Source: Hormiphora californensis
Lineage: Eukaryota; Animalia; Ctenophora
Assembly (NCBI GenBank): GCA_020137815.1
Contig: CM035356.1
Coordinates: forward strand, 3,968,001-4,032,000
Length of the DNA stretch: 64,000 nucleotides
Direction: 5' to 3'
How positions within the stretch are numbered: position 1 is the stretch's first letter; every line of letters starts with the position of its first letter. The position numbers and the translations under genes are program-made. Shown piece by piece: positions 10,449-23,366 of this stretch. Below the pieces are notes generated by a model. It ran no database searches. It was not told where the DNA came from and saw nothing but the letters and a program-made list of their open reading frames with translations.

Positions 10449-13314
10449 CCACCCCCTGTCCGGAGTACTGCTTTTTTTCCTTCTGTGTGTGTGTCGCAAC
10501 ACTGGAATCGTGCGCGTTCAGGGCATGTTTCAAGTTCCACGTGTCATAGCATAGCCCCTAATTAGATTAACGGATAATGATTCACACTAGGTTCAAGCCC
10601 AGACAATTCCTAATACCGTAGATCAAACCCGGACTTGATTGGATAAACACAGGCTAGGCTATGGGCTCTTTTGTAAAAGTCGTCATGATTCTGTACACCA
10701 CGGAATCTGTCAACCTAGGCAGCTTCTCCGGCTCACTGGAAGAATAATATCCCGAAATTCAAAAAAAGGCGAGATATGCCCTCTAGACAATTGTCTGCTG
10801 AAGAAGCTGGTGTAATTTTTTTCAAGATCCGACGTAAGACGTAGCCAGTTAGCTGTAACATTTGAAATCATGCTCATAATTCGTGTGGTGCGTCACAGTG
10901 CTGACACATTGATGTTTAGAGAGTACTGCTTTTTTCCAGAGTACTGCTTTTTCTCTCTCTGCCAAGAGGGCGCGTAGGGGGCTGTGTGTGGGGACTGTGA
11001 ATGTGTTGGAGTGTGGTGTATCAAGGCAGTGTGTGTGGTATTCTGATTTCTGTCTCTTACACGACTTAGTGTACCGGATACTATAAGCTGATACTATAAG
11101 CTGATAGGAGTAGACTGTTATTATACATGACTCATAATGCTTCATATTCCCCTCAGCTGTCCCTACCGGCGACCCCACCCCTCATCTGCTCCATCTCTCA
11201 GCTTACCTACCCCTCATCTACTCCAACTACCAGGCACCAGCTATCCTACCCCTCATCTCCCTCATCTACTACATCTCTCAGCTATCCTACCCCTCATCTA
11301 CTCTATCTCTCAGCTACCCTTCCCCCTCCCCATATACTACATCTTTCAGCTACCCTGCTCCTCATCTACGCCATCTCTCAGCTACCCTACCCCTCATCTA
11401 CGCCATCTCTCAGCTACCATACCCCTCATATAATACATCTCCCTGATATCCTACCCCTCACTCCTCATCTACTCCATCTCTCAGATACCCTACCCCTCAT
11501 ATATAATACATCTCTCAGATATCCTACCCCTCATCTATTCGATCTCTCAGCTATCCTACCCCTCAGCTACCATATTCCTCAGGTACCCCAATACTCCATC
11601 CTGCTAGATAACTGTAAGATCTTATTAGATGCTTCCCCCAGGATACCCACCAGACCAGGTTGTAAGGGTACCTGAAAGGTTCTAAGGAGTATCTAATGAG
11701 GTCTGGTGGGTATTCTGGGGGTTTTAGAAGCATCTAATAAGATCTTACAGTTATCTAGCAGGATGGGGTACCTGAGGGATATGGTAGCTGAGGGGTAGGA
11801 TAGCTGAGAGATGTATTTTATGAGGGGTAGGGTATCTGAGAGTTGACGTAGATGAGGGGTAAGGTAGCTGACTGCTGAGATGAGGGGCAGGGAAGCTGAG
11901 AGATGTAGTAGATGGGGAGGGGGAAGGGAAGCTGAGAGATAGAGTAGATAAGGGATAGGGTAGCTGAGAGATCGAGTAGATGAGGGGCAGGGAAGCTGAG
12001 AGATCGAGCAGGATGGGGTATTGGGGTACCTGAGGAAAATGGTAGCTGAGGGGTAGGATAGCTGAGAGATGGAGTAGATGAGGAGTGAGGGGTAGGATAT
12101 CAGGGAGATGTATTATATGAGGGGTATGGTAGCTGAGAGATGGCGTAGATGAGGGGTAGGGTAGCTGAGAGATGGCGTAGATGAGGGGCAGGGTAGCTGA
12201 GAGATGGAGTAGATGAGGGCTAGGGTAGCTGAGAGATGGAGTTAGTAGATGAGGGGTAGGGTAGCTGAGAGATGTAGTAGATGGGGAGGGGGCAGGGTAT
12301 CTGAGAGATGTAGTAGATGGGGAGGGGGAAGGGTAGCTGAGAGATAGAGTAGATGAGGGGTAGGGTAGCTGAGAGATCGAGTAAATGAGGGGTAGGGTAG
12401 CTGAGAGATGGCGTAGATGAGGGGTAGGGACTAGGGTATCTGAGAGATGGAGTAGATGAGGGGTAGGATATCTGAGAGATGCAGTAGATGAGGGGTAGGA
12501 TAGCTGAGAGATGGAGTAGATGAGGGAGATGAGGGGTAGGATAGCTGGTGCCTGGTAGTTGGAGTAGATGAGGGGTAGGTTAGCTGAGAGATGGAGCAGA
12601 TGAGGGGTGGGGTTGCCGGTAGGGACAGCTGAGGGGAATATGAAGCATTATGTGTCATGTATAATAACAGTCTACTCTTATAATATCCGGTACACTAAGT
12701 CGTGTAAGAGACAGAAATCAGAATACCACACACACTGCCTTGATACACCACACTCCAACACATTCACAGTCCCCACACACAGCCCCCTACGCGCCCTCTT
12801 GGCAGAGAGAGAAAAAGCAGTACTCTGGAAAAAAGCAGTACTCTCTAAACATCAATGTGTCAGCACTGTGACGCACCACACGAATTATGAGCATGATTTC
12901 AAATGTTACAGCTAACTGGCTACGTCTTACGTCGGATCTTGAAAAAAATTACACCAGCTTCTTCAGCAGACGATTGTCTAGAGGGCATATCTCGCCTTTT
13001 TTTGAATTTCGGGATATTACTCTTTCAGTGAGCCGGAGAAGCTGCCTAGGTTGACAGATTCCGTGGTGTACAGAATCATGACGACTTTTACAAAAGAGCC
13101 CATAGCCTAGCCTGTGTTTATCCAATCAAGTCCGGGTTTGATCTACGGTATTAGGAATTGTCTGGGCTTGAACCTAGTGTGAATAATTATTCGTTAATCT
13201 AATTAGGGGCTACGCTATGACACGTGGAACTTGAAACATGCCCTGAACGCGCACGATTCCAGTGTTGCGACACACACACAGAAGAAAAAAAAGCAGTACT
13301 CCGGACAGGGGGTG
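10449..13314. mobile_element. 2.9-kb non-autonomous foldback transposon, piggyBac-like, carrying inverted 28-bp minisatellite arrays
   Basis: TTAA flanks both ends (10445-10448 and 13315-13318). Termini are caccccctgtccggagtactgc / gcagtactccggacagggggtg. The unique arms are about 700 bp, followed by (ctactccatctctcagctaccctacccctcat)-type arrays facing a central palindrome at about 11596-11765. Confidence 0.88.
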
Positions 13315-13447
13315 TTAACAGTGCAACACAAATTTACACACTCTTGATTCCCGGTATTTCTAAAGATTTTCACAGTTTTTCAGAAACGTTGGGCCAGCCA
13401 ACAACAGAACGAAATCAGAAGAATTGAAAAGAGTTCCCTCCCGATCT

Positions 13448-14369
13448 TTAGGCGAACCCGACCGTAGCGTAGTTTTGGTGGACCTGAAAATATGATATTT
13501 ATATTGTTAGTTTGATGTCTTGTTCTCATATTGGCCGGAGAGGATTGTGTGTATTTGGATTTGGTTATATTTCCAGAATGATGATGGTGAGAGTTAATTT
13601 AATCTAGAAAGTTTAACTCTCGACAACCTACATACCTCTGCCTTGATGTCGGACACGAGATCCATGAGCCATGCCACAACCTTCTCCTCATTATCAGCCA
13701 GAGACGCATCGAGTTTCTTGGAGTCAGCCTCGCTCTGTTTATCGATCTGTGCAGAGTAGTCCTCCCCATAACCCTGAGACTGAATAGGAAATAGTGATTA
13801 GTTGATAGTTGTGTTCATGTGGAGACTGGATAGGACAGGGTGTTATTGATTAGTTGTGTTCATGTGGAGACTGAATAGGAGATATTGATTAGTTGTGTTC
13901 ATGGTCAATTGAGTTCTTGAAAAGATGAAATAATACAATGCTCCCTCCCCTGAATAGAACCCCATTGAAACAATTAATCTGAGAACAATGATATATAGGA
14001 ACAGCGGCGGATTACCTTAGCCATTTTTTCCTGGAAATCGGCTTCCATTTTCTTTTTAAATGCCGTAATTTCCTTTTTAGCTTCCTCCTTGGCTTCTTTC
14101 AGCCTCTTTTGCTTCTCTGAAAAGGGGGACAAGAAACTTAAGAAACTTGCCATTTTGTGATAAGTATAACAACCAAACTTAGACAGACAAGATAATCCAA
14201 TACAAATCAATGTTGATGTGACTTAAATGGCGAGAGATGCAGACAAGATATTACAGATGCCTGCATGCTCGATATCGATGTGCTTACTCTTTTTTGCCTC
14301 CGCAACCTTGGCGTTAGCCCTCTGTTCCGCCTGGAGTAACCTTTGAATTCCCTCTGATTTGGTTGCCAT
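13448..14369 (-). CDS. ATP6V1G: V-type proton ATPase subunit G (120 aa, 4 exons)
   Basis: Exons 14369-14288, 14116-14016, 13779-13636 and 13483-13448 join in frame: MATKSEGIQRLLQAEQRANAKVAEAKKK KQKRLKEAKEEAKKEI...VSDIKAE VHQNYATVGFA*. Confidence 0.95.
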
Positions 14370-17029
14370 CCTATCTAGTGGGAGGTAGTTATTTTGTAAT
14401 TTTGTTCCTGCCAAAATAGACTGGGACTTTCAGGTTTTACAATTAGCACTGAATTGTTGGTGACGCAGTCACCCTTACAACTCCCAAACTGAATTGGCAC
14501 AGCCATATTAGTGCCACAGAGAGAATGGTGGGACAGTGAACACCCGAGTTACCAACGGCCCGACCAAAATCAAATGCTGCCCTTTCAGGTTTTCAACTAG
14601 AGGACCTAGACTGATGTCGCAGTTACAAACTGGAATCTACCATCAGTTCGAATCATGGTGCTGAACCACGTGAAAGATATATGTAGTCTTATAGGATGAC
14701 GGTAGTTGACGGTCTTACTACTATTTTTGAGATCGTGGCTGGTGTCCTATTGTCCTATGACCTATATGACAAGGTGACTGGCACAGCTGTACCTCTATAT
14801 CAAAGTGTTGGATTACTGTTTACGTAAAGCACAGTGGACACCCAACCTGCTATGAGTTTGGCATCTATGATCTAGAATTACTGACACTGGTAGAAAGTAG
14901 ACATGGCCCTGTTGGCAAACTCGGTTGAGTTAGGGGTTATCCTACGTAAAGAAGCTGGTCTGGCTAAGTTTACAATGGTTACGTACAAAGCCTAATGGCT
15001 ATAAAAACAGAGCTCATAGTATAAAGGTGCCACGGCTTGAAGAAAGCCTGGAACTCTGATCTGAATGACTTAATTTCCCTGACTTAGATTCTCTGTCGGC
15101 TGTAGCAGCTGGGCGCTTGCGGGGACGGGTGAATAGCATTGTAATTCGGTTGCATTTATAATTGGGGGTCCCGGGCTGGGAAGAAATAGGACGTGAACCC
15201 AAGTCTGATTTTGAGAAACTGTCCGCCCCCTTTTTTTAGCATAGCTCCATCACCTGACAACATAGAGACTTCAAACTTGGAGGTTAGGAAGATCATGTCG
15301 AGTTCTTTCTTACCTCTAAATTTGAAGTCTCTATTTTATCAGGAACCGGATATAACTCGAAAATAATTTTTCCGAAAGGCGAAACCGGACATTTTTAAAA
15401 AACCAACTTTAAAGTCGGATTTTTTGAAACTGTCACCCCAAAATGACCGCGCAAGTGAAATTTATCAATTTTGACGCGCACACCACACGTTAATATCGGA
15501 TTTTTTGAAACTGTCACCCCCCTGGGTATTTTCAAATTTCGTAAATGACCATAAAGCCGGTTCCTGACGAGATAGAGACTTGAAATTTGGAGGTTACGAA
15601 GATCTTGCTAAGTTCTTCCGAACCTCCAAATTTCAAGTCTCTATCTTATCAGGAACCGGAGATATGTCAAATTTTGTTATTTCAGGGGGGTGACAGTTTC
15701 AAAAAATCCGACTTTAACATGTGATGTGACGCGCAAAAACATTCCGCGCACGAAAAGGGGGGTGACAGTTTCAAAAAATCGGACTTTAGCTTTTCGAGTT
15801 TCCAAGTTTTTAGAAATGACCTGGCATGGCGCACGCGCAATCGATGCAGCGCAAAATTAAATAAAAGCAAAATGCGCGTCGCTCGCGATGACATATTTTT
15901 TATTTTTATTTTTCCAGGCGGTGGTTTTTTTAAACTGTCCACTCGATTTCGAAAATTTTCCGGGGTCTTTCGCTCCCTTGGAATGCGCTGCAGCCCCCTC
16001 ATGCGCGCACCCCCGCAACGAGGGGACTGAAGGGAATGCCGCGCGCGCGTTTGGCCTGAGCTCAGGACGGGCCCGGCTGGGTCGAAGATAACTTTGCGAG
16101 CGAAAAAACGGCGGTGCTTATAACTTTGGCCCCTGAAGTCCGTTTGACTTGATTCTTTCACTAGCTGTTAGATCTGACAATTATCTACCTTGCTGTTTTT
16201 GAGAGGAGTTAATTGGACTTCAGGAGGCTGAGCAATAACCGTTCAAAGATGGGTTGTTTTCAAAAAGTGACGTCACGATTTCCCAAATTGAGGCTCATTT
16301 TCTCGAGTTTTCAAAAGTTTTCAAACTTTTTTCTTTTGAAATTTCTTTTTCAAAGTTTTGAAAATTTTGAAATTTTTACTTTTCGACACAGTTTGTTCGA
16401 ATTGTGTTTGCGATCGACCACAGACCCGTCGCAAACCTCTTGTACTATCTCTATTTCACGAACAAGAAATGTTTGATGTTCTCAGTAAGTCAGCTCTCAC
16501 GCCGGACCGAAGGTCTGAGCGTGAGCTCGGTTTAGTAGCTCGCTTAACTGGCCGAATGGACAGACTTCGTAGCATGGCAAAGAAAAATGAAGGGTTAAAG
16601 GGCAAAGCAAGAAACGACCACCGACATCAAGTTGTGCCCTGGCTCAGACTGGTCAAATTCCTTTGCTCTACCACTAAAAACAATACCTTGTTGCCAGGCC
16701 ACCTTACGACTATAGAGTTATGTTTAATGTTGGTATCGGAGATACCTCACACTCTGTCTACCTTTGTAATGCACGCTTCGTGCGCTGGCAAGGGAGGGGT
16801 AACTTCGTTACCAAAGAGTTGTGTAGCTTTATTGGGCCGGGTATCTTTAAACACTGAATAACTGTATCATTCTAAGTAGTTGTCATTATGGATGAGATAA
16901 GATTCGATAATCGATATGAATGTTACGAGTACTTGGTGTGGGAACAATGTCATACGGAAGAACCATCGTTGCTTTGATGCTCCTGAAGCTGTAACTTGTA
17001 AGTTAGATTTCTCGCCTAATCCTCGTTTT

Positions 17030-17077
17030 TCTCTCTCTCTCTCTCTCCCGGCTTTCCATTTCTATATTTTCTTCTCC

Positions 17078-17119
<42 letters not shown>

Positions 17120-17820
17120 ATCTCTCTCTATCTCTATCTCTATCTCTATCTCTATCTCCATCTCCATCTCCATCTCTCCATCTCTCCATCTCTCCATCTC
17201 TCCATCTCTCCATCTCTCCATCTCTCCATCTCTCCATCTCTCCATCTCTCCATCTCTCCATCTCTCCATCTCTCCATCTCTCCATCTCTCCATCTCTCCA
17301 TCTCTCCATCTCTCCATCTCTCCATCTCTCCATCTCTCCATCTCTCCATCTCTCCATCTCTCCATCTCTCCATCTCTCCATCTCTCCATCTCTCCATCTC
17401 TCCATCTCTCCATCTCTCCATCTCTCCATCTCTCCATCTCTCCATCTCTCCATCTCTCCATCTCTCCATCTCTCCATCTCTCCATCTCTCCATCTCTCCA
17501 TCTCTCCATCTCTCCATCTCTCCATCTCTCCATCTCTCCATCTCTCCATCTCTCCATCTCTCCATCTCTCCATCTCTCCATCTCTCCATCTCTCCATCTC
17601 TCCATCTCTCCATCTCTCCATCTCTCCATCTCTCCATCTCTCCATCTCTCCATCTCTCCATCTCTCCATCTCTCCATCTCTCCATCTCTCCATCTCTCCA
17701 TCTCTCCATCTCTCCATCTCTCCATCTCTCCATCTCTCCATCTCTCCATCTCTCCATCTCTCCATCTCTCCATCTCTCCATCCCTCTATCCCTCTATCCC
17801 TCTATCCCTCTATCTCTCAG
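17030..17820 (+). repeat. Polypyrimidine microsatellite with a core of (CCATCTCT)n over about 600 bp
   Basis: Perfect 8-bp period from about 17170 to 17780, flanked by (CT)n, (CTATCT)n and (CCTCTATC)n. Confidence 0.97.
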
Positions 17821-17942
17821 ATTCTGTTCCGGAAATAAAATTACTGGGCCAACGTACTATGAGCTAAACACTTGAGTAGGGGAACCGTTCACAGCCGCTT
17901 CTCATCGCCAGCAGATCTTTATTGATGGATTCACAGACCCTG
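17821..17942 (+). pseudogene. SMAD: Decayed R-SMAD (SMAD1/5- or SMAD2/3-type) MH2-domain exon
   Basis: The AG...GT-bounded exon reads TYYELNT*VGEPFTAASHRQQIFIDGFTDP, compared with the R-SMAD consensus YYELNxRVGExFxAS...VDGFTDP. TGA sits at the Arg position (17873-17875), and there are upstream indels around a YWA motif. The next acceptor at 20683 continues in phase as DSGR. Confidence 0.8.
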
Positions 17943-17974
17943 GTAAGTGGTTCTAGTCTAGAAGTGGGTTAGCA

Positions 17975-20110
17975 TGGATTCACCTCTGGACCCCTACTAA
18001 GCAACGTGGACCCCTTCTAACCCACCTCTGAGTCCTTTTACCTCAGCAGTCAGCTCCCTACTAACTCCCTCTGAAACCTCTCTATTATATCTCACCTCTG
18101 GAATCTTCTAACCTACCTTTGAACCCCCTTCTAACCCAACTCTGAACTCCTCCTAAATCAACTCTTAACCCCTTTAAACCACCTCTTGACCCCTACTAAT
18201 TACTACCCCACTCCTCGAACCCCTCTAACCCACCCTTCATCCCCTTCTAACAAATCTCTCAGCTCCCTAATAACCCACCTCCGGACCTCTTTTAACTTAC
18301 CTCTCGACCCCTTCTAACCCACCCCTAGTCACCTTCTAACCCACCTCTGGAACTCTAGTAACTCACCTCTCGACCTCTTCTGACTTCTAACCCACCTCTT
18401 GACCCCTTACCCATCTCTCGTACCACTTCTAACCCACCTAACAGACCCCTTCTAACCGAACCGTCAGATCCCTTCTAACTCTCCTCTAGACCCCTTCTAA
18501 CTCACCTCTCATCTCCATCTCTGGACCCCTAGTAACTCACCTCAATCCCTTTTAGCCCACCTCTCGGCCCCTACTAAGTACTAACCTATTTCTCGTACCC
18601 CTTTTAACCCCCTCTATCCCACCTCCCGACCTCTAGTAGAGGTCCTCTACTAACCCATCCCTCGACCCTTTCTAACCCACCTCTCGACCCCTATTAACTT
18701 ACGGCCACCCTTGGCCCCTTCTAACCCACATCTGAACCTCATCTGATTTCTAACCCACCTTTTGACACCGTCTAAGTCACTCTACTAAGTACTTACCCTT
18801 CCCTCGACCCCTTCTAACTCACCCCAGGACCCCTTCTAACTCACCTCTAGACCCCTTCTAACTCACCTCTCAATCCCTTTTAGCCCACCTCTCGACCCCT
18901 AATAAATACTAACCCTCCCCTCGACACATTCTAACCCACCTCTTGACCCCTTTTAAACCACCCCTAAACCCCTTCTAACTCACCTCTTAACCCCTTCTAA
19001 CCCACCCCTAGACGGACCTCTAGACCTCTTCTAACTCACCTCTCAATCCCTTTTAGCCCACCTCTCGACCCCTAATATGTACTAACCCTCCCCTTGACAC
19101 CTTCTAACCCACCTCTTGACCCCTTTTAAACCACCCTTTGAACACTTTTAACCCAACTCTAGTCCCATTCTGACCCACCTCTGGACCCCTAGTAACTCAC
19201 CTCTGTCCCCTTCTAACCCCCTTTTAACCCTTCTTTCCCACCTTCCGACCTCTACTAAACCACCTCTCGACCCCTTCTAACCCACCTCTCGACCCCTTCT
19301 AACTCATCTTTCAACCCCTCTTAACCCACCTCTCGACGCCTTTTAATCCACCTCTCGGCCCCTACTAAGTACTAACCCTTCCCTAGACCCCTTCTAACCC
19401 ACCTCTCGACCCCTTCTAACTCATCTTTCAACCCCTTATAATCCACCTCTCGACCCCTTTTAATCCACCTCTCGACCCCTAGTAACTCACCTCTTAACCC
19501 CTTCTAACTCACCTCTAGACCCCTTCTAACTCACCCTCGACCTCTTCTAACCCACCCCTAGGCCATAGACCCCTTCTAACTCACCTCTCAACCCCTTTTT
19601 ACCCACCTCTCCACCTCTACTAAGTACTTACCCTTCCCTCGACCCCTTCTAACCCTTCCCTCGACCCCTTCTAACCCACCTCTCGACCCCTTCTAACTCA
19701 TCTTTCAACCCCTTTTAAACCACCTCTCGACCCCTTTTAATCCACCTCTCGACCCCTCCGAAGTAGTTACCCTTTCCTCGACCCCTTCTAACCCACCTCT
19801 CGACCCATAGTAACTCACCCTGGACCCATTAGCGGTTAGCCTTCTAAGTTTTAACCCACCTCTCGTACCCCTTCTAACCCACCTCTTGACCCCCTTTATA
19901 ACTTACCTCTCGTATCCCTTCCCTCGACCCCTTCTAATTGCTATTACTCACCCATCGACCTCTTCTAACCCAACTCTCAACCCCTTCTAACCCACCTCTC
20001 GTACCCCTTCTAACCCATCTCTCGTATCACTTTTAACCCACATCTCGACCCCTACTAAACCACCCCTCAGTCCCTTCTAACCCATCTCTAGACCCTTTCT
20101 AACCCACTGC
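17975..20110 (+). repeat. Degenerate ~22-bp C-rich minisatellite
   Basis: Many diverged copies of cccacctctcgaccccttctaa with extreme C/G strand skew. Confidence 0.92.
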
Positions 20111-21271
20111 ACCTCTCGCCACCTTTTATCCCACCTAGATTGTAACCTAGATGCTATCTCTCTATCTAGAGATCCCATATTTGCATCCCTAGATGCCTTC
20201 TTTCCATCGCTAAATACTACATCGCTATCAAGACCAACATCGCCATCTCCAATTTTCGTTTTTAGGTCCTCCACCTCTACCTCCATCTCCATCGCTATCT
20301 CTACCTCTATCACTATTTACCATTATATCCATCCTTATCTCCATCGCTATCTACATCACCATCTCCAACATACATGTTAGTACCCCACCCTAATTTTAAA
20401 GCTACCGGCTACCCCATCCTCATTTATTACCCCATCTCTCAGTTAGCCCACGCTACCTCTCACTCTCAACTACTCAGGTACCCGTAGTCTCTGATCTCTG
20501 CCATCTTGCCCGCCGGGTACCCCATCCTGCTAGATACCTGTCATATGCTGCTTGCCCCTAAAACCCTCAGATATATACAAAATTTATCACAACTTGAAAC
20601 CCCTCAGACGCTACAAAATAACCCCCAGAGCATAGGCTTATGGTTAGTGGTTGGGCTTTCTTAACAGTGCCTATTTCTTTAGATAGTGGAAGGACCCTAA
20701 ACGCGGAGATATGGGGCTGGTGGAGAAACAACTCTTCGAATTCAGATTACAGCACGTAGCAGCTTGTGGTACACATTTCTGCGATGTACAACAGATTTGC
20801 CTCACCTAAACTTGGGTTGCCTATATAGACTCAATCACTGATTCCAGGGTAATTTGCCCCAAAATATCTGAGGAAGTGGCTCATGTTATTTATGAAACTT
20901 ATTGAAGTATTTAACATGTTTAATATGTTTCTAATTATGATTTCATGTTTCTTAATTTTGCCGGTTACCAAACATTAACCAAACCGTTAAACGGTTACCG
21001 TTTTATTTTGTGTGTCACTCTCTGGTACACTTTTGAACTGTGTGGAATCATAACTGTCGCGCGCGGTACTCTTATGATGGTGCTAGCGGTGCTAAAGTAA
21101 GCAGTGTCAGCAATGCTAAAGTAGGCAGTGTCAGCATTAGCCGCGGTATTCGCTCCAGGCCCCTTATATTATATTATAAGGGGCCTGCAACGTATGCCAA
21201 TTCGCTCCCTTGATGATTGATCCCTGCCGGGGCTTGCCGCCCATGGGCCCTACTCGCGGGTGCTCTATACT

Positions 21272-21931
21272 AGGGTTATCGATCTTTGGAATTGGCTTTT
21301 CGAGACTTCGGGCGTCCAGCATGAGGACCGGGGGTCTACATGGATTCAGAGAATCATATGCGCGCAGGCAGCAACCCTGTGGGCGAGCCGTACGGGCCGA
21401 TAGTTAATAATAGTTTTTTAAAGTTTTTAAAAGTTAATAAAAGTTATAAATAGTTAAATTCCAATTTTTTATTTAAGCGACAGGCCGCCGCGCATCAAAA
21501 TGCAGCGCTTGAAATCGATTTCCGGTTCCTGATAAGCTAGCGACTTTTTCTTGGTGCCATTGGAAAGATAAAAATTTCATCTTTCCAACGCAACCAGGAT
21601 AAAGTCTTTATCTTATCAGGAACCGGAGATATGACCAATTAACCAATTGAGTGCGCGGCGGCCTGTCGCTAAAATAAAAAATTCGACTATAAAAATGCGC
21701 GGAACCCTGAAAAAGTTGATTTTTTTCGGCTTTTCAGGGTGCCGCGCAATTTTAACTTTTTATAACTTTTATTAACTTTAAAAAACTATTATTAACTATC
21801 GGCCCGTACGGCTCGCCCACAGGGTTGCTGCCTACGCGCAAGTGATTCTCTGAACCCCTTAAGTCCCCTGGTCATCATGCTGGACGCCCGAACATTCCAG
21901 TATGACTTTCGTTGCGCAAATAGATAACCCT
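21272..21931. mobile_element. Inverted-repeat element (MITE/foldback)
   Basis: 21310-21410 (cgggcgtccagcatga...gggccgatagttaata) is mirrored at 21788-21890. An inner palindrome runs gcgacaggccgccgcgca...tgcgcggcggcctgtcgc. Confidence 0.7.
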
Positions 21932-22189
21932 ACTCTATACTCCATTTTTTTTCCAACTGTTCACTCCCTAAAGTCGTGCGCGGAATTTTTTTGCGCGTTT
22001 ATCACATGTTAACGTATAGCGCACACCACCCAAATTCTAATTTTTATTAAATTTCAGTTTTTGGGTGAACAGTTGAAAAAAAATGGACTTTACCCCCTAC
22101 GCCCCCGCCGGGGTTGCGCCCATGGGCCCTGTCTGTGGGGGGTTTTCACCCCCAAGCCACGCCCCGCCCCCTGACCGACGGTCAGTGAC

Positions 22190-23117
22190 CGATCTAACTG
22201 AGGTAGGCCGCTGGTCAAAGATTAACAACATGAGCCTCAATGAAGACAAGTTTGAAGTGCTCCAATACACCTTGAATAAAACCTTTCTCCTGAAACAACT
22301 TCCCTTTGTATCGGAACTGGACTCATATTACACACTTCAAATTAATCCGAAAGGTTGTGTTCGAGATCTCGGAATCCAACTTTCAAATAACCTGTCCTGG
22401 GAAAACAAATCGGAAAGATGACCACTGATGGTAGAAGGATAAGTGCTTGGGTGTTACGTGCCTTCAAGACCAGAGAAAAGAGGACCATGCTGATTCTCTA
22501 CAAGACGTTGGTACGCAACAAACTTGAATACTGCTGTCCACTCTGGGATTCTGCAAAAATCTCAGATATTCAAAAAGTTGAGATAGTTCAAAGAAAGTTC
22601 ACAAAACGAATCCAAGGCATGAGTGAACTCACTTACTGGGAACGACTAAAGAAACTAGGGATCCTGTCGCTTCAACGAAGGCGAGATTGCGAGAACGGTA
22701 CTCCATAATTATGGCCTGGAAAATGGCCAACGGGGAAGCACCGAATAACATTGGTATCCGGTTTTACCACAGCGAGCGTCTCGGAAAAAGAGCGGAAGTA
22801 CCAACATGCCCCACAACTACACAGACATCAGTCGCCACGAAGTATCATAACTCATTTGCTTCAAGAGCGACCCGATTATGGAACACTCTCCCGAGGGACG
22901 TTAATTTGGCGGAAGACCTACCGTCGTTTAAAGCACTTCTTGGGAAATGGTTGAAGAGGATGCCGGACAGACCCCCGGTACCTGGATATACCAGACAAAA
23001 CAATAACTCAATTCTGGACTGGAAACATCTTGTATCCAGGGAGGGGGAGGCTCTGTGAGGAGCTGACACCGGTGCAGCATCTGTACAAAGTTATTTACAA
23101 GATTACAAGATTACAAG
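22190..23117 (+). mobile_element. 5'-truncated CR1/L2-group LINE (RT C-terminus, frameshifted)
   Basis: WSKINNMSLNEDKFEVL...VRDLGI...LYKTLVRNKLEYCCPLW...LSLQRRR...RLWNTLP is spread across ORFs 22083, 22418 and 22687. The 3' tail is (ttacaaga)n. Confidence 0.88.
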
Positions 23118-23366
23118 TAACTGCCACCTGCACCCTTAGCCCCAGAAGCACAGGGACACGCCAGCCCGGAGGCTCAGCTCTGTCCCTGTGTCCATCCAGC
23201 ACGATTTTGAAAATTTCCAAATGAAGATTTAAGAATTAAGAGTGCGGGCGGACAGTTTTTAAAAAAATCTGACTTTAAATTGGGGGATAATCGCTTTCGT
23301 AATGAAGTTTTCCCGAAGTTTTATGCAAATTGACACCACGATCGAATTCTATATTTTAGACTTGAT

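Larger units (their letters stand above)
15201..23276. mobile_element. Putative ~8-kb composite DNA element with nested insertions and captured gene fragments
   Basis: Imperfect TIRs aagtctgatttttgagaaactgtccgccc (15201) and gggcggacagtttttaaaaaaatctgacttt (about 23246-23276). Related subterminal repeats (ggattttttgaaactgtcaccc) occur in both orientations at 15415-15790. No clear TSD was found. Confidence 0.5.

Noticed and set aside
11127-12915. Pro/Ser/Leu-rich ORFs here and at 61291-62731
   Set aside because: They arise from the 28-bp satellite and foldback arms and contain no recognisable domain.
14440-15200. Coding-like composition upstream of ATP6V1G (also 46870-47340)
   Set aside because: No sustained ORF or recognisable motif was found; possibly decayed TE sequence, but I cannot support a call.
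15682-16861. 159-aa and 167-aa ORFs as the transposase of the composite element
   Set aside because: The first translates subterminal repeats, and the second has no recognisable family motif.
16916-17875. Long ORFs (MERWRDGE)n and (LSISPSLH)n
   Set aside because: These are translations of the 8-bp microsatellite, which has no stop codons. Only the last few codons overlap the SMAD-derived exon.
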